Below are positions 18,479 through 29,075 of a stretch of DNA of 32,000 nt, piece by piece. The notes beneath the pieces are model-generated. The model saw only the letters and a program-made list of their open reading frames with translations, had not been told where the DNA came from and did not search any database. The stretch is from Candidatus Pelagibacter ubique HTCC1062 (GTDB lineage Bacteria; Pseudomonadota; Alphaproteobacteria; Pelagibacterales; Pelagibacteraceae): positions 840,001-872,000 of the forward strand of contig NC_007205.1 in NCBI RefSeq assembly GCF_000012345.1. The letters run 5' to 3'. Every line of letters begins with the position of its first letter. The stretch's first letter is position 1. Made by a program: the position numbers and the translations under genes.

Positions 18479-20392
18479 ATGGAATTAGCTTTAATATTTC
18501 TTCCATTATTAGCCTCAATAACTTCAGGTTTTTTTGGTAAATATTTAGGTGATAGGAATTCAGAAATTGTAACTAGTCTTTTTGTGTCAATTTCAGCGCT
18601 ACTTTCAATTATATTATTCTATCAAGTAATTGTTAACGGATATGAAAGTAATGTAGTTGTAGCAACTTGGATTAACTCTGGAACTTTAGATGTTAATTGG
18701 TCTATTAAAGTTGATGCTTTATCATCTGTAATGCTTGTTGTTGTAACTTTAGTTTCAGCTTTAGTGCATATTTACTCAATTGGTTATATGTCTCATGATC
18801 CACATAAGCCAAGATTCATGGCTTATTTGTCACTTTTCACTTTTTCAATGCTAACATTGGTTACCTCTGATAATTTTCTTCAGCTATTTTTTGGATGGGA
18901 GGGTGTAGGGCTTTGTTCATATTTCTTGATTGGTTTTTGGTTTAAAAAAGAAACAGCAAATGCAGCTGCAATAAAAGCCTTTGTAGTAAATAGAGTAGGT
19001 GATTTTGGCTTTGCTTTAGGAATTTTTTTAATCTTTTATTTATTTGGTACTGTAAACTATGTAGAAGTTTTTAATCAAATTCCACAAATTGTTGAAAAAA
19101 AACTTTTATTTTTAGGAATGAATGTTGGAGCAATTGATTTAATTTGTATTCTTTTATTCATAGGTGCAATGGGTAAATCAGCACAAATTTTCTTACACAC
19201 TTGGTTGCCAGATGCCATGGAAGGCCCCACACCAGTTTCAGCTTTAATTCATGCGGCTACCATGGTTACAGCTGGTGTTTTTTTAGTTGTAAGATGTTCT
19301 CCAATTTTTGAATACTCACCTCTTACACTAAATATAATTACTGTTGTTGGAATGACTACAGCTTTTTTTGCTGCAACTGTAGCTTTAGTGCAAACTGATA
19401 TAAAAAAAATAATTGCATACTCAACTTGTAGTCAGCTTGGTTATATGTTTTTTGCGGCAGGAGTAGGTGCTTATAATGTTGCTATGTTTCACTTATTTAC
19501 TCATGCCTTTTTCAAAGCTTTACTTTTTTTAGGTTCTGGATCTGTAATTCACTCATTTAAAGATGAGCAAGATATTAATCAGATGGGAGGTGTTTATAAA
19601 AAACTTCCATATACCTATATATTTATGATTATTGGAACATTAGCTCTTACTGGTTTTCCATTCTTATCTGGTTTTTATTCAAAAGATGCAATTATAGAAT
19701 TTGCGTATCTTAAAGGAAATACAACAGGATATTATGCGGCAGGTGTAGGAATTTTGACTGCTGTTTTAACATCAATTTATTCTTGGAGATTAATTTTTAA
19801 AACGTTTCATGGAGATTATAATAATAAAAAAATTAATATTAACGAAATGCACGAATCCCCATTAGTAATGCTTTTACCTTTATTTATACTTGCTATTGGA
19901 GCTATTTTTGCTGGTTTTTTATTTAAGGATTTGTTCATTGGTAATAGTAGTGGAAATAGTTTTTGGGGAGATTCAATTAAATTTTTAAATCCATTAAGTA
20001 CAGAACATCCTCCTTTATGGTTTCTTTTAACTACACCAGCACTTGTATTAACCTCCATTCCAATTGCTTATTATTTATTTGTTAAAGATAAAGATATTCC
20101 AAATCGAATTGCTCAATCCAATAAACCATTACATAATTTTTTAATAAACAAATGGTATTTCGATGAACTTTATGATGTTTTGTTCATTAAATTTTCAAAA
20201 AAATTAGGAATATTTTTTTGGAAGGTGGTTGATGTTAAAATTATTGATAAATTTGGACCAGATGGAGTTTCTTCATTGATTAATAGGCTATCTTTAAAAG
20301 CAAGTAAATTTCAAAGTGGATTTATCTATCAATATGCATTTATGATATTATTAGGATTTTCTGCGTTATTAACATTTTTAATTTTGAATTAA
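18479..20392 (+). CDS. nuoL: NADH-quinone oxidoreductase subunit L
   Basis: The 637-aa antiporter-like subunit has WEGVGLCSYFLIGFW and HTWLPDAMEGPTPVSALIHAATMV. Confidence 0.97.
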   Translation: MELALIFLPLLASITSGFFGKYLGDRNSEIVTSLFVSISALLSIILFYQVIVNGYESNVVVATWINSGTLDVNWSIKVDALSSVMLVVVTLVSALVHIYSIGYMSHDPHKPRFMAYLSLFTFSMLTLVTSDNFLQLFFGWEGVGLCSYFLIGFWFKKETANAAAIKAFVVNRVGDFGFALGIFLIFYLFGTVNYVEVFNQIPQIVEKKLLFLGMNVGAIDLICILLFIGAMGKSAQIFLHTWLPDAMEGPTPVSALIHAATMVTAGVFLVVRCSPIFEYSPLTLNIITVVGMTTAFFAATVALVQTDIKKIIAYSTCSQLGYMFFAAGVGAYNVAMFHLFTHAFFKALLFLGSGSVIHSFKDEQDINQMGGVYKKLPYTYIFMIIGTLALTGFPFLSGFYSKDAIIEFAYLKGNTTGYYAAGVGILTAVLTSIYSWRLIFKTFHGDYNNKKININEMHESPLVMLLPLFILAIGAIFAGFLFKDLFIGNSSGNSFWGDSIKFLNPLSTEHPPLWFLLTTPALVLTSIPIAYYLFVKDKDIPNRIAQSNKPLHNFLINKWYFDELYDVLFIKFSKKLGIFFWKVVDVKIIDKFGPDGVSSLINRLSLKASKFQSGFIYQYAFMILLGFSALLTFLILN

Positions 20393-21885
20393 TGAATTTT
20401 CCAATTTTATCATCTTTAATTTTACTACCTGTAGTGGGCTCTTTGTTTCTATTATTTTCCAAAGATAAGAATTCTAATACAGGTAAATATGTTGCTTTAT
20501 TTACATCGTTTGTTAACTTTTTGATTTCTTTATACCTCTGGTATCAGTTTGACCCAACCACTTCTGATTTTCAGTTTGTTGAAGATAGAGAATGGTTAAA
20601 GGGAATTATTAATTATAAGATAGGTATTGATGGAATATCAATCTTATTTATAGTTTTAACTGCGCTAATAACTCCACTTTGTATAATCTCAGTTAACAAT
20701 ACTGTTAAAGACAGACTTAGAGATTTCCTGATTGCTATCTTAGTAATGGAAAGTTTAATGATTGGTGTTTTTTGCTCTCTTGATCTTGTTATATTTTATT
20801 TATTTTTTGAAGCTGGATTAATACCTATGTTTTTAATAATTGGAATATGGGGTGGAGCAAGAAGAGTATATTCAGCATTTAAATTTTTCTTATACACATT
20901 ACTTGGTTCTGTTTTAATGCTAATTGCTATAATTTCGATCTACTGGATATCAGGAACCACAGATATAACTCAGCTTTATGAACTTGGTATAGACACCAAA
21001 TATCAAAATTTATTATGGTTAGCTTTCTTTAGTTCTTTTGCTGTCAAAACTCCAATGTGGCCTGTACACACTTGGTTGCCAGATGCACACGTTGAAGCGC
21101 CTACTGCTGGCTCTGTTTTGCTTGCAGCTATATTACTTAAAATGGCTGGTTATGGGTTTATTAGGTTTTCTTTAGGACTTTTCCCAGTAGCTTCTGATTT
21201 ATTTACGCCTCTTGTTTATGCCTTGAGTTTGATTGCTATTGTATACACATCTCTTGTTGCGCTGATGCAAGAAGACATGAAAAAGTTAATAGCGTATTCT
21301 TCAGTTGCACACATGGGATTTGTTACATTAGGTATTTTTACAATTACCCAACAAGGTATTGAAGGAAGTATAGTTCAAATGATAAGTCATGGTTTGGTTT
21401 CAGCAGCATTGTTTTTATGTGTTGGAGTTGTTTATGATCGTATGCATTCCAGGTTAATAGCAACTTACGGTGGCTTAGTTTCGGTTATGCCTAAATATTC
21501 TATATTATTTATGCTTTTCACTTTAGCTGCATTAGGCTTACCAGGTACTAGTGGTTTTATAGGTGAATTTTTAATACTGATGGGGGCATTTAAAGATAAT
21601 TTCTTAGTAGCAGTTATAGCTAGTTTAGGTGTTATTTTTGGCGCCGCATATATGTTGTGGCTATATAGAAGAGTTGTATTTGGAGAAATTAAAAATAAAG
21701 AACTTTTAAAAATGCCTGACCTTAATAATTCAGAAAAATTTATTTTGTGGTGTTTAGCAATACCAGTTTTATTTTTTGGATTTTATCCAGAACCTCTTAT
21801 TAACACGATTGAAATTTCTGTAAAAGATTTAATAGAGATGTACAATTTTAACTTAAATATGAATATAACAGAGATACAAAATTAA
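20392..21885 (+). CDS. nuoM: NADH-quinone oxidoreductase subunit M
   Basis: The 497-aa product has HTWLPDAHVEAPTAGSVLLAAILLK. TAATG overlap with nuoL. Confidence 0.97.
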   Translation: MNFPILSSLILLPVVGSLFLLFSKDKNSNTGKYVALFTSFVNFLISLYLWYQFDPTTSDFQFVEDREWLKGIINYKIGIDGISILFIVLTALITPLCIISVNNTVKDRLRDFLIAILVMESLMIGVFCSLDLVIFYLFFEAGLIPMFLIIGIWGGARRVYSAFKFFLYTLLGSVLMLIAIISIYWISGTTDITQLYELGIDTKYQNLLWLAFFSSFAVKTPMWPVHTWLPDAHVEAPTAGSVLLAAILLKMAGYGFIRFSLGLFPVASDLFTPLVYALSLIAIVYTSLVALMQEDMKKLIAYSSVAHMGFVTLGIFTITQQGIEGSIVQMISHGLVSAALFLCVGVVYDRMHSRLIATYGGLVSVMPKYSILFMLFTLAALGLPGTSGFIGEFLILMGAFKDNFLVAVIASLGVIFGAAYMLWLYRRVVFGEIKNKELLKMPDLNNSEKFILWCLAIPVLFFGFYPEPLINTIEISVKDLIEMYNFNLNMNITEIQN

Positions 21886-23300
21886 TGGATAATTTAAATT
21901 TTATACTACCTGAAATATTTATCTCTTTGTCTATAATGTTTTTATTGCTTCTTGGAGTTTATAAAAAGAATAGCTCAAATATTGTTCATAATCTTGCAGT
22001 AGGATCTTTACTTATTACGGGTATTTTAATTTTTAATAATCCGTTAGATCAAAATATTTCACTATTTAATGATGGTTACGTTGTGGATAATCTTTCATCA
22101 TTTATGAAAATACTCACTATTTTAGGAGGTGCATTTGTTTTATCAATTTCAACAAGATATCTCAAAATATTTAAGATTTTTTTAATAGAATATCCAGTTT
22201 TAATTCTTTCTTCAATTTTAGGCATGATGGTAATGATCAGTTCAAATGATCTTATGGTTTTTTATATAGGTCTTGAGTTGCAATCTTTAGCTTTATATGT
22301 GTTAGCATCATTTAATCGAGATCAATTAAAGTCTTCAGAGTCTGGACTAAAATATTTTGTTTTGAGTGCTTTATCATCAGGATTATTGTTGTATGGATGT
22401 TCTTTGGTTTATGGGTTTTCTGGATCAACTAATTTTAATGTTATTGGTGATTTAATGAATTCATCTCATTATGGTTTAACATTTGGAATTGTTTTTATAC
22501 TTGTTGGTTTGGCATTTAAGATATCAGCTGTACCATTCCATATGTGGGCACCAGATGTGTATGAAGGCTCTCCAACTGCTGTCACATTATTCTTTGCAAT
22601 TGTACCAAAAGTTGCAGCTCTTACGGTTTTCATAAGATTTTTATATATACCTTTTGTTAATATGATCGATCAATGGCAACCTATATTAATATTTTTATCA
22701 ATCGCCTCTATGATCTTTGGTGCTATTGCTGCAATTGGTCAAAATAATCTTAAAAGGTTGATTGCATATAGTTCAATAGGTCATATGGGTTATGCTCTAG
22801 CTGGTTTGTCTACAGGTTCAAACGAAGGCATTCAAAGCTCCATTGTATATATGTCGATATACTTGGTTATGAATCTTGCCTTTTTTAGTTGCCTATTGAT
22901 GTTAAAGAGAAATGATGCTTACTATGAAACCATTGATGATTTATCAGGGCTATCAAAAAATCATCCAATTTTATCATTATCATTACTAGCTATTCTTTTT
23001 TCATTAGCAGGGATTCCTCCACTAGCTGGTTTTTTTGCAAAATTTTATATTTTTAAAGCTGTCATAGAGCAGTCAATGTACTTCTTGGCTATTGTGGGTC
23101 TTTTATCAACAGTAATAGCTGCATTTTATTATCTCAAAATAATTAAGGTTATTTACTTTGATAAAGAAAAAGAAAGTTATGACACAGATCATAATATTTG
23201 GCTAAAAGGATCCCTGACTTTTTCAACATTATTAATTCTCTTATATTTTATTTTTCCAAGCAAATTATTGGAAATTGTATCTAGAATTAATATTATTTAA
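21885..23300 (+). CDS. nuoN: NADH-quinone oxidoreductase subunit N
   Basis: The 471-aa product has HMWAPDVYEGSPTAVT. It is the last of the 14-gene nuo set. Confidence 0.97.
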   Translation: MDNLNFILPEIFISLSIMFLLLLGVYKKNSSNIVHNLAVGSLLITGILIFNNPLDQNISLFNDGYVVDNLSSFMKILTILGGAFVLSISTRYLKIFKIFLIEYPVLILSSILGMMVMISSNDLMVFYIGLELQSLALYVLASFNRDQLKSSESGLKYFVLSALSSGLLLYGCSLVYGFSGSTNFNVIGDLMNSSHYGLTFGIVFILVGLAFKISAVPFHMWAPDVYEGSPTAVTLFFAIVPKVAALTVFIRFLYIPFVNMIDQWQPILIFLSIASMIFGAIAAIGQNNLKRLIAYSSIGHMGYALAGLSTGSNEGIQSSIVYMSIYLVMNLAFFSCLLMLKRNDAYYETIDDLSGLSKNHPILSLSLLAILFSLAGIPPLAGFFAKFYIFKAVIEQSMYFLAIVGLLSTVIAAFYYLKIIKVIYFDKEKESYDTDHNIWLKGSLTFSTLLILLYFIFPSKLLEIVSRINII

Positions 23301-23863
23301 TGAAATTAAAAAAGTTTAATTTTAAAACTGTAAATAGTACTAACGATCTAGCCATACAAATAATTAAAAAAACCAATAATAAATCTGGAATTATAATTGC
23401 TGAAAAACAAAAAAAGGGAAGGGGTCAATATGGAAAAAAATGGACTTCTTTTAAAGGAAATTTATTTGTTAGTATTTTTTTTAAAATTAACAAAGTCCAA
23501 TTATCATTGAAAGATTTAACAAAAGTTAACTGTCTTTTAGTTAAAAAATTATTATCAAAATTTTATAATGGTAAAATTACAATTAAAAAACCAAATGATT
23601 TATTAATTAATAGAATGAAAATTTCAGGTATTTTACAAGAAATATTAACCAAATCTGGTGAAAAATTTATTGTTGTTGGAGTGGGTGTAAATTTGACTAA
23701 GAGTCCAATTATAAAAAACTATTTAACTACAAATTTGTTTGACTTAACTGGTACCAAAATTACCCCTAATTATGCTGCTTTAAGGTTAAAAAAAATTTAT
23801 GAAACTTTTATTCCAATGTTTCCTAAATTTAATATAAAAAACTTAGATAGAAATTTAAAATGA
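23300..23863 (+). CDS. birA: biotin--[acetyl-CoA-carboxylase] ligase, minimal (187 aa, catalytic core only)
   Basis: The product has STN, a GRGRxGRxW-like loop (KGRGQYGKKW), a KWPND-like motif (KKPNDLLI), KISGILQE and GVGVNL. Its position after nuoN and before coaX is conserved in alphaproteobacteria. Confidence 0.8.
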   Translation: MKLKKFNFKTVNSTNDLAIQIIKKTNNKSGIIIAEKQKKGRGQYGKKWTSFKGNLFVSIFFKINKVQLSLKDLTKVNCLLVKKLLSKFYNGKITIKKPNDLLINRMKISGILQEILTKSGEKFIVVGVGVNLTKSPIIKNYLTTNLFDLTGTKITPNYAALRLKKIYETFIPMFPKFNIKNLDRNLK

Positions 23864-24606
23864 TTATTGTTGGCGATATAGGAAATACTGAAACTAAAAT
23901 TTGTTTAGTAAACTCTAAAAATATTATCATTAAACGTGTTATTTTGTTAACAAAAAAAATAAATCACTCCTCACTTAATAAATCTTTACTTGGCCTAAAT
24001 TTAAAAAATAAATCAATTAATAAATGTTTATTTTGCAGCGTCGTACCAAAAAAATTTAATGCAGTTAAAATCTTTTTTAAAAAAGTTTATAAAATTAAGT
24101 GTCACGAACTAAAAAAACTTAATTTAAATAAATTGATTAAGATTAAAGTTAATTATAAACAAATTGGTTCAGATAGATTAGCAAATGCAATTAGCATCAT
24201 TAATAATAAGGATAATTTTATAATTTTAGACTTTGGAACTGCAACCACATTTGATGTTTTGATTAAAAATACTTATCATGGTGGCGTTATAGCACCTGGT
24301 GTTAAACTCTCATTGGATACATTAACCGATAAAGCATCACAAATTCCAAAGATCAATTTAAAAAAAACAAATAGAGTAATTGGTTTAAACACTATTAGTG
24401 CTGTTAGAGCAGGTTTTTTTTGGGGATATGAGGGTTTAATTGACAATATTGTTAATTTAATTAAGAAAGAGACTAAGATGTCCTTTAAAATTATTATTAC
24501 TGGAGGATTTTCTGGTTTATTCAAAAATTCAATAAAAACGAAAGTTACATTAAATAAAGACATAACAATTAAAGGCCTAATCAGAGCCACTACTTTAATT
24601 AAATAA
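23860..24606 (+). CDS. coaX: type III pantothenate kinase
   Basis: The 248-aa product has the ASKHA-fold motifs VGDIGNTETK, GSDRLANA, ILDFGTATTFD and ITGGFS. ATGA overlap with birA. Confidence 0.9.
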   Translation: MIIVGDIGNTETKICLVNSKNIIIKRVILLTKKINHSSLNKSLLGLNLKNKSINKCLFCSVVPKKFNAVKIFFKKVYKIKCHELKKLNLNKLIKIKVNYKQIGSDRLANAISIINNKDNFIILDFGTATTFDVLIKNTYHGGVIAPGVKLSLDTLTDKASQIPKINLKKTNRVIGLNTISAVRAGFFWGYEGLIDNIVNLIKKETKMSFKIIITGGFSGLFKNSIKTKVTLNKDITIKGLIRATTLIK

Positions 24607-24608
24607 AT

Positions 24609-26264
24609 ATGAAAGATGAATTATTATTTTGCCCTCTAGGAGGGTCCGGAGAAATTGGTATGAATATGAACCTATTTGCCTACGGTAAACCTGGTGAGCA
24701 TAAATGGATCATGGTTGATATTGGGGTTACATTTGCTGATGATACTTTACCAGGTATTGATCTTATTTACCCAGATCCTGGATTTATTGTTGATAAAAAA
24801 GATGACCTTTTAGGAATTATTTTAACTCATGCACATGAAGATCATATTGGTGCGATCGCACATCTTTGGCCTCAACTTAAATGTAAAATCTTTGCAACTC
24901 CATTTACAGCGGTTTTAATAAAAGAAAAATTTAAAGAAAAAAATATAGATGTAACCAAGTTTCTCAAAATAGTTCAATTAAATGGAACAGTAAATTTAGA
25001 TCCATTTAAAATAGAATATATAACTCTAACTCACTCAATCCTTGAGCCCAATGGTCTTAGAATTGAAACTCCAGCAGGTGTAATATTGCATACTGGTGAT
25101 TGGAAGATTGATCCTGAGCCACTTATTGGTGAAAAGATTAATTCAGATAGACTTAAAGAAATTGGTAATGAGGGCGTGCTTGCTATGATTTGTGATTCAA
25201 CAAATGTATTTAGCATGGGTAAAGCTGGTTCAGAGTTAGATGTTAGAAAAAGTTTATTAAATATCATGGGTAGCCTTAAAAAGAGAATTGTTATGGCTTC
25301 TTTTGCTTCAAATGTTGCACGTATGGAAACAGCTTTTTATTGTGCAGAAAAAACTGGTAGACAAATATCTTTAGTAGGAAGGTCCATGCATAGAATATTT
25401 AAAGCAGCAAGACAATGTGGTTATTTAAAAAATGTTATAGAACCTATCGATGCGCGTGATGCCAAAAAAATTGCTAGAGAAAAAATAGTTTATCTTTGTA
25501 CAGGTAGCCAAGGGGAACCTATGGCAGCACTAATGAGAATTTCTAGTAATACTCACCCGGATGTATTCATTGAAAAAGATGATGCTGTTATTTTTTCTTC
25601 AAAAATTATTCCAGGTAATGAGAAAAAATTGTATAAATTACAAAATCAACTAGTTAAAGATGGTGTTGAAGTTATTTCAGAAGAAAGCGAATTTGTTCAT
25701 GTTTCTGGACATCCCAATAGAGATGATCTTAGAGAGATGTACGATTGGGTAAAACCTCAATGTGCAGTTCCTGTTCATGGTGAACACAGACATATGATTG
25801 AACATATGAAGTTTGCTAAAGAAATGAAAGTTCCACATCCTGTTCAAGTTGAAAATGGAGATATTGTAAAATTAGCACCTGGTAAACCACATGTTTTTGA
25901 TAAAGCACCAAGTGGTAGACTTTATTTGGATGGTAATATGAGTGTAGAAGAAGATGCTCAATCAATTAAAGATAGAAAAAACATTAGTGCAAATGGATAT
26001 ATGGAGGTTACTATTTTAATTACTGCAAAAGGTAATATCCACAAAAGACCCGTGTTAACTTTTAGAGGACTGCCTGTTTATGATGTTGATGAGTTTATAT
26101 ACGAATTAGAAGAAGCAATCGAAAAAACAACTAGAACTTTTTCTATAAAAAGTAAAAAGCAAGAATTTAATTTAATTGATGCTTTAAAAATAACATGTAG
26201 AAAATGTGCTAAAGATTTCACTGGTAAAAGACCATTTATCAATATCAACCTAGTAAGAATTTAA
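24609..26264 (+). CDS. rnj: ribonuclease J (metallo-beta-lactamase/beta-CASP family)
   Basis: The 551-aa product has THAHEDHIG (HxHxDH), the beta-CASP motifs HTGDWK and SGHPNRDDL, and VHGEHRH. Confidence 0.9.
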   Translation: MKDELLFCPLGGSGEIGMNMNLFAYGKPGEHKWIMVDIGVTFADDTLPGIDLIYPDPGFIVDKKDDLLGIILTHAHEDHIGAIAHLWPQLKCKIFATPFTAVLIKEKFKEKNIDVTKFLKIVQLNGTVNLDPFKIEYITLTHSILEPNGLRIETPAGVILHTGDWKIDPEPLIGEKINSDRLKEIGNEGVLAMICDSTNVFSMGKAGSELDVRKSLLNIMGSLKKRIVMASFASNVARMETAFYCAEKTGRQISLVGRSMHRIFKAARQCGYLKNVIEPIDARDAKKIAREKIVYLCTGSQGEPMAALMRISSNTHPDVFIEKDDAVIFSSKIIPGNEKKLYKLQNQLVKDGVEVISEESEFVHVSGHPNRDDLREMYDWVKPQCAVPVHGEHRHMIEHMKFAKEMKVPHPVQVENGDIVKLAPGKPHVFDKAPSGRLYLDGNMSVEEDAQSIKDRKNISANGYMEVTILITAKGNIHKRPVLTFRGLPVYDVDEFIYELEEAIEKTTRTFSIKSKKQEFNLIDALKITCRKCAKDFTGKRPFININLVRI

Positions 26265-26510
26265 ATGAGTGCAACAGGTCTTGCTATAATTTATATAATA
26301 ATTTGGTGGATAGTTTTTTTTACAATCCTTCCAATTGATGTAAATAGACAAAAATCTATCAAAATTGATGGTGAAGACGCAGGTTCTCCTGAAAATCCTA
26401 AGATGCTAAAAAAATTCATTTATTGTACTGGTATAACAACAGTTATTTTCGTGATAATTTATTTATTGATAAAATATGAATATTTAAATTTAAGATATAT
26501 AATTAATTAA
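26265..26510 (+). CDS. DUF1467-like small membrane protein
   Basis: The 81-aa product has two TM segments (IIYIIIWWIVFFTILPI and ITTVIFVIIYLLI) and a central GSPENPK segment. I recall its position directly after rnj as typical of alphaproteobacterial DUF1467 genes. Confidence 0.7.
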   Translation: MSATGLAIIYIIIWWIVFFTILPIDVNRQKSIKIDGEDAGSPENPKMLKKFIYCTGITTVIFVIIYLLIKYEYLNLRYIIN

Positions 26511-26511
26511 A

Positions 26512-27846
26512 ATGTACATTTCAAAGTCATTCATTCCAATATTAAAAAATAACCCATCAGAAGCAAAAATTAAATCACATCAGTTAATGCTAAGGGTTGG
26601 TATGATTAAACAATCCTCAGCAGGTATTTATTCATGGCTACCTTTAGGTTTTAAGGTGATGAAAAAAATTGAACAAATAGTAAGAGAAGAACAAAATAAA
26701 ATTGGTGCCCAAGAAATACTTATGCCAACTATACAGCCCAGTGATATTTGGAAAGAAAGTGGTCGTTATGACGATTATGGTGATGAAATGCTTCGTATTA
26801 AAGACCGTCAAGGTAGAGAAATGCTTTATGGACCAACCAATGAAGAGTTAGTTACAGATATATTTAGATCAAGTGTAAAATCTTATAAGTCACTTCCTCA
26901 ATTATTATATCATATACAATGGAAATTTAGAGATGAAGTTAGACCAAGATTTGGAATAATGAGAGGTAGGGAGTTTTATATGAAGGATGCATATTCGTTT
27001 GACGTTAATGACGAAGATGCAACATTCTCGTATAATAAATTCTTTTTCTCATATTTAAAAACATTTAAAAGATTAGAACTTTCAGCAATACCAATGGCAG
27101 CTGATACGGGACCAATTGGTGGAAATTTATCTCATGAATTTATTATTTTAGCAGATACAGGAGAAAGTAAAATTTTTACAGATAAAAGAGTTTTTGATTT
27201 AGGTAGTGAAGGAACTGTATTGGATAGACAATCCTTACAAGACTTAAGAAAAAAATATGAACAATATTACGCTGTAGCCGATGAAAAATTTAATAAAAAT
27301 GAATTTGAAGAAAAGGTGTCAGAAGAAAATAGGTTAATTACAAAAGGTATAGAGGTAGGTCACATTTTTTATTTTGGAGATAAATATTCAAAAGCTTTAA
27401 ATGCAGCTGTAGATCTCCCAGGTGGCAAAAAAGATTTTGTTAAAATGGGATCTTATGGAATTGGTGTATCAAGGCTAGTTGGAGCAATTATAGAAGCTAA
27501 ATATGATCAAAAAGATGAAATAATGAAATGGCCATTTTCTGTAGCACCATACGAACTTGCAATAATACCTATGATTAACAAAAATGATACATCGGCATTA
27601 GATAAAGCGAATAAACTTTTTAAACATTTTGAAAGTAAAAATATTGATACAATTATTGATGATATGGATGAAAATCTTTCATCTAAAATTAAAAAATTTA
27701 ATTTGATAGGTGTGCCTTATCAAATAATTTTAGGAAAAAATTCAGAAGATAATTTATTAGAGTTTAAAGAGATTGGAAAGGATCCTAAAAGTTTAACACT
27801 AGATCAAATAACTCAAATTTTAACTGAACAAAAATTAAAAAATTGA
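26512..27846 (+). CDS. proS: proline--tRNA ligase (short alphaproteobacterial type lacking the large INS editing domain)
   Basis: The 444-aa product has class II motifs (FRDEVRPRFGIMRGREFYMKDAYSF and GSYGIGVSRLV) and a C-terminal anticodon-binding domain. Confidence 0.95.
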   Translation: MYISKSFIPILKNNPSEAKIKSHQLMLRVGMIKQSSAGIYSWLPLGFKVMKKIEQIVREEQNKIGAQEILMPTIQPSDIWKESGRYDDYGDEMLRIKDRQGREMLYGPTNEELVTDIFRSSVKSYKSLPQLLYHIQWKFRDEVRPRFGIMRGREFYMKDAYSFDVNDEDATFSYNKFFFSYLKTFKRLELSAIPMAADTGPIGGNLSHEFIILADTGESKIFTDKRVFDLGSEGTVLDRQSLQDLRKKYEQYYAVADEKFNKNEFEEKVSEENRLITKGIEVGHIFYFGDKYSKALNAAVDLPGGKKDFVKMGSYGIGVSRLVGAIIEAKYDQKDEIMKWPFSVAPYELAIIPMINKNDTSALDKANKLFKHFESKNIDTIIDDMDENLSSKIKKFNLIGVPYQIILGKNSEDNLLEFKEIGKDPKSLTLDQITQILTEQKLKN

Positions 27847-29075
27847 TTTCTGCATTAGAAAAAGAAATTACACTTAGATATTTAAAAACCAGAAAAAAAG
27901 ACGGTTTTTTAAATATAATATCCATTTTTTCATTTATTGGAATTAGCCTTGGTGTTGCAGTACTTATTATTGTGATGTCTGTTATGAATGGCTTTAGAAG
28001 TGAATTAATTAATAAGATTGTAGGATTTAATGCTCATGTCACTGTTAAGCCATATGAAACTTCTATTAATTTAGAAAAACTAAATAGTGAAAATCTAAAA
28101 TTAATTTCAAAAGAATTAATACTTAGTAATTCTGGTGAAGCAATTGTTATTAGTAAAAACTACACTAAAGGTTTAATTTTAAGAGGTTATAGTAGAGAAA
28201 ACTTTCTAAAACTTGATGTTGTAAAAAAAGGAAACTTAATTGGTAAATCAAACCAATTAACAAAGAATTCGATATCAATAGGTAAAGAATTAAGTTTTAA
28301 TTTAGATCTTAGTGTAGGAGATAAAGTATCAATAATGTCTCCAGTAGGCATTGAAACAATAATAGGAAGTCTACCCCGGCAAGAAACTTTTATTATTAGA
28401 TCTATCTTTGATAGTGGTTTAGCGGATTTTGATGCAAATATTGCTTTTATAAATTTAGAAACATTGGAAAACTTTTTTAGTTTTAAAAAAGAAGACCGTA
28501 ACCTAGAAATTTATTTGAACAAACCATCAAATATTGAAGAAGCAAAAAATAAAATTCAAGAAATATTCAAAAATGAATTTGTATATAGTTGGGCTGATAT
28601 GAATAGCTCATTGTTTTCTGCATTAAAGGTTGAAAGAAATGTAATGTTTATAATCTTATCTTTGATTATTATAGTAGCTGCTTTTAACATTATTTCGGGT
28701 CTTACAATTTTAGTTAAAAATAAGACAAGAGATATAGCTATACTCAAGTCGATTGGTGTCATGAACAAGTCTATTGTTAAGATATTTTTCCTTGTTGGTG
28801 TTATTATTGGAACTACAGCAACACTTTTTGGAATCTTTTTAGGTGTAATATTTTCTCTATACATTGAAAACCTGAGAGAATTCTTAAGTAATACATTTAA
28901 TATTAGCTTATTTCCTGAAGAGATTTATTTTTTGAGCACAATGCCCTCTGAAATAAACCCAACTTCAATTTTTATAATTTCTCTTTGTTCAATTTTTATA
29001 ACTATTATCGTTTCAATTTTTCCAGCAATAAAAGCTTCAAAATTAGACCCTGTTAAAGGACTTAAGTATGAATAA
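27843..29075 (+). CDS. lolC: lipoprotein-releasing ABC transporter permease (LolC/LolE family)
   Basis: The 410-aa product has an N-terminus (LRYLKTRKKDGFLNIISIFSFIGISLGVAVLIIVMSVMNGF) that aligns with E. coli LolC/E. FtsX-like C-terminal TM bundle; adjacent to lolD. The TTG start overlaps the proS TGA, so the exact start is uncertain. Confidence 0.88.
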   Translation: MISALEKEITLRYLKTRKKDGFLNIISIFSFIGISLGVAVLIIVMSVMNGFRSELINKIVGFNAHVTVKPYETSINLEKLNSENLKLISKELILSNSGEAIVISKNYTKGLILRGYSRENFLKLDVVKKGNLIGKSNQLTKNSISIGKELSFNLDLSVGDKVSIMSPVGIETIIGSLPRQETFIIRSIFDSGLADFDANIAFINLETLENFFSFKKEDRNLEIYLNKPSNIEEAKNKIQEIFKNEFVYSWADMNSSLFSALKVERNVMFIILSLIIIVAAFNIISGLTILVKNKTRDIAILKSIGVMNKSIVKIFFLVGVIIGTTATLFGIFLGVIFSLYIENLREFLSNTFNISLFPEEIYFLSTMPSEINPTSIFIISLCSIFITIIVSIFPAIKASKLDPVKGLKYE

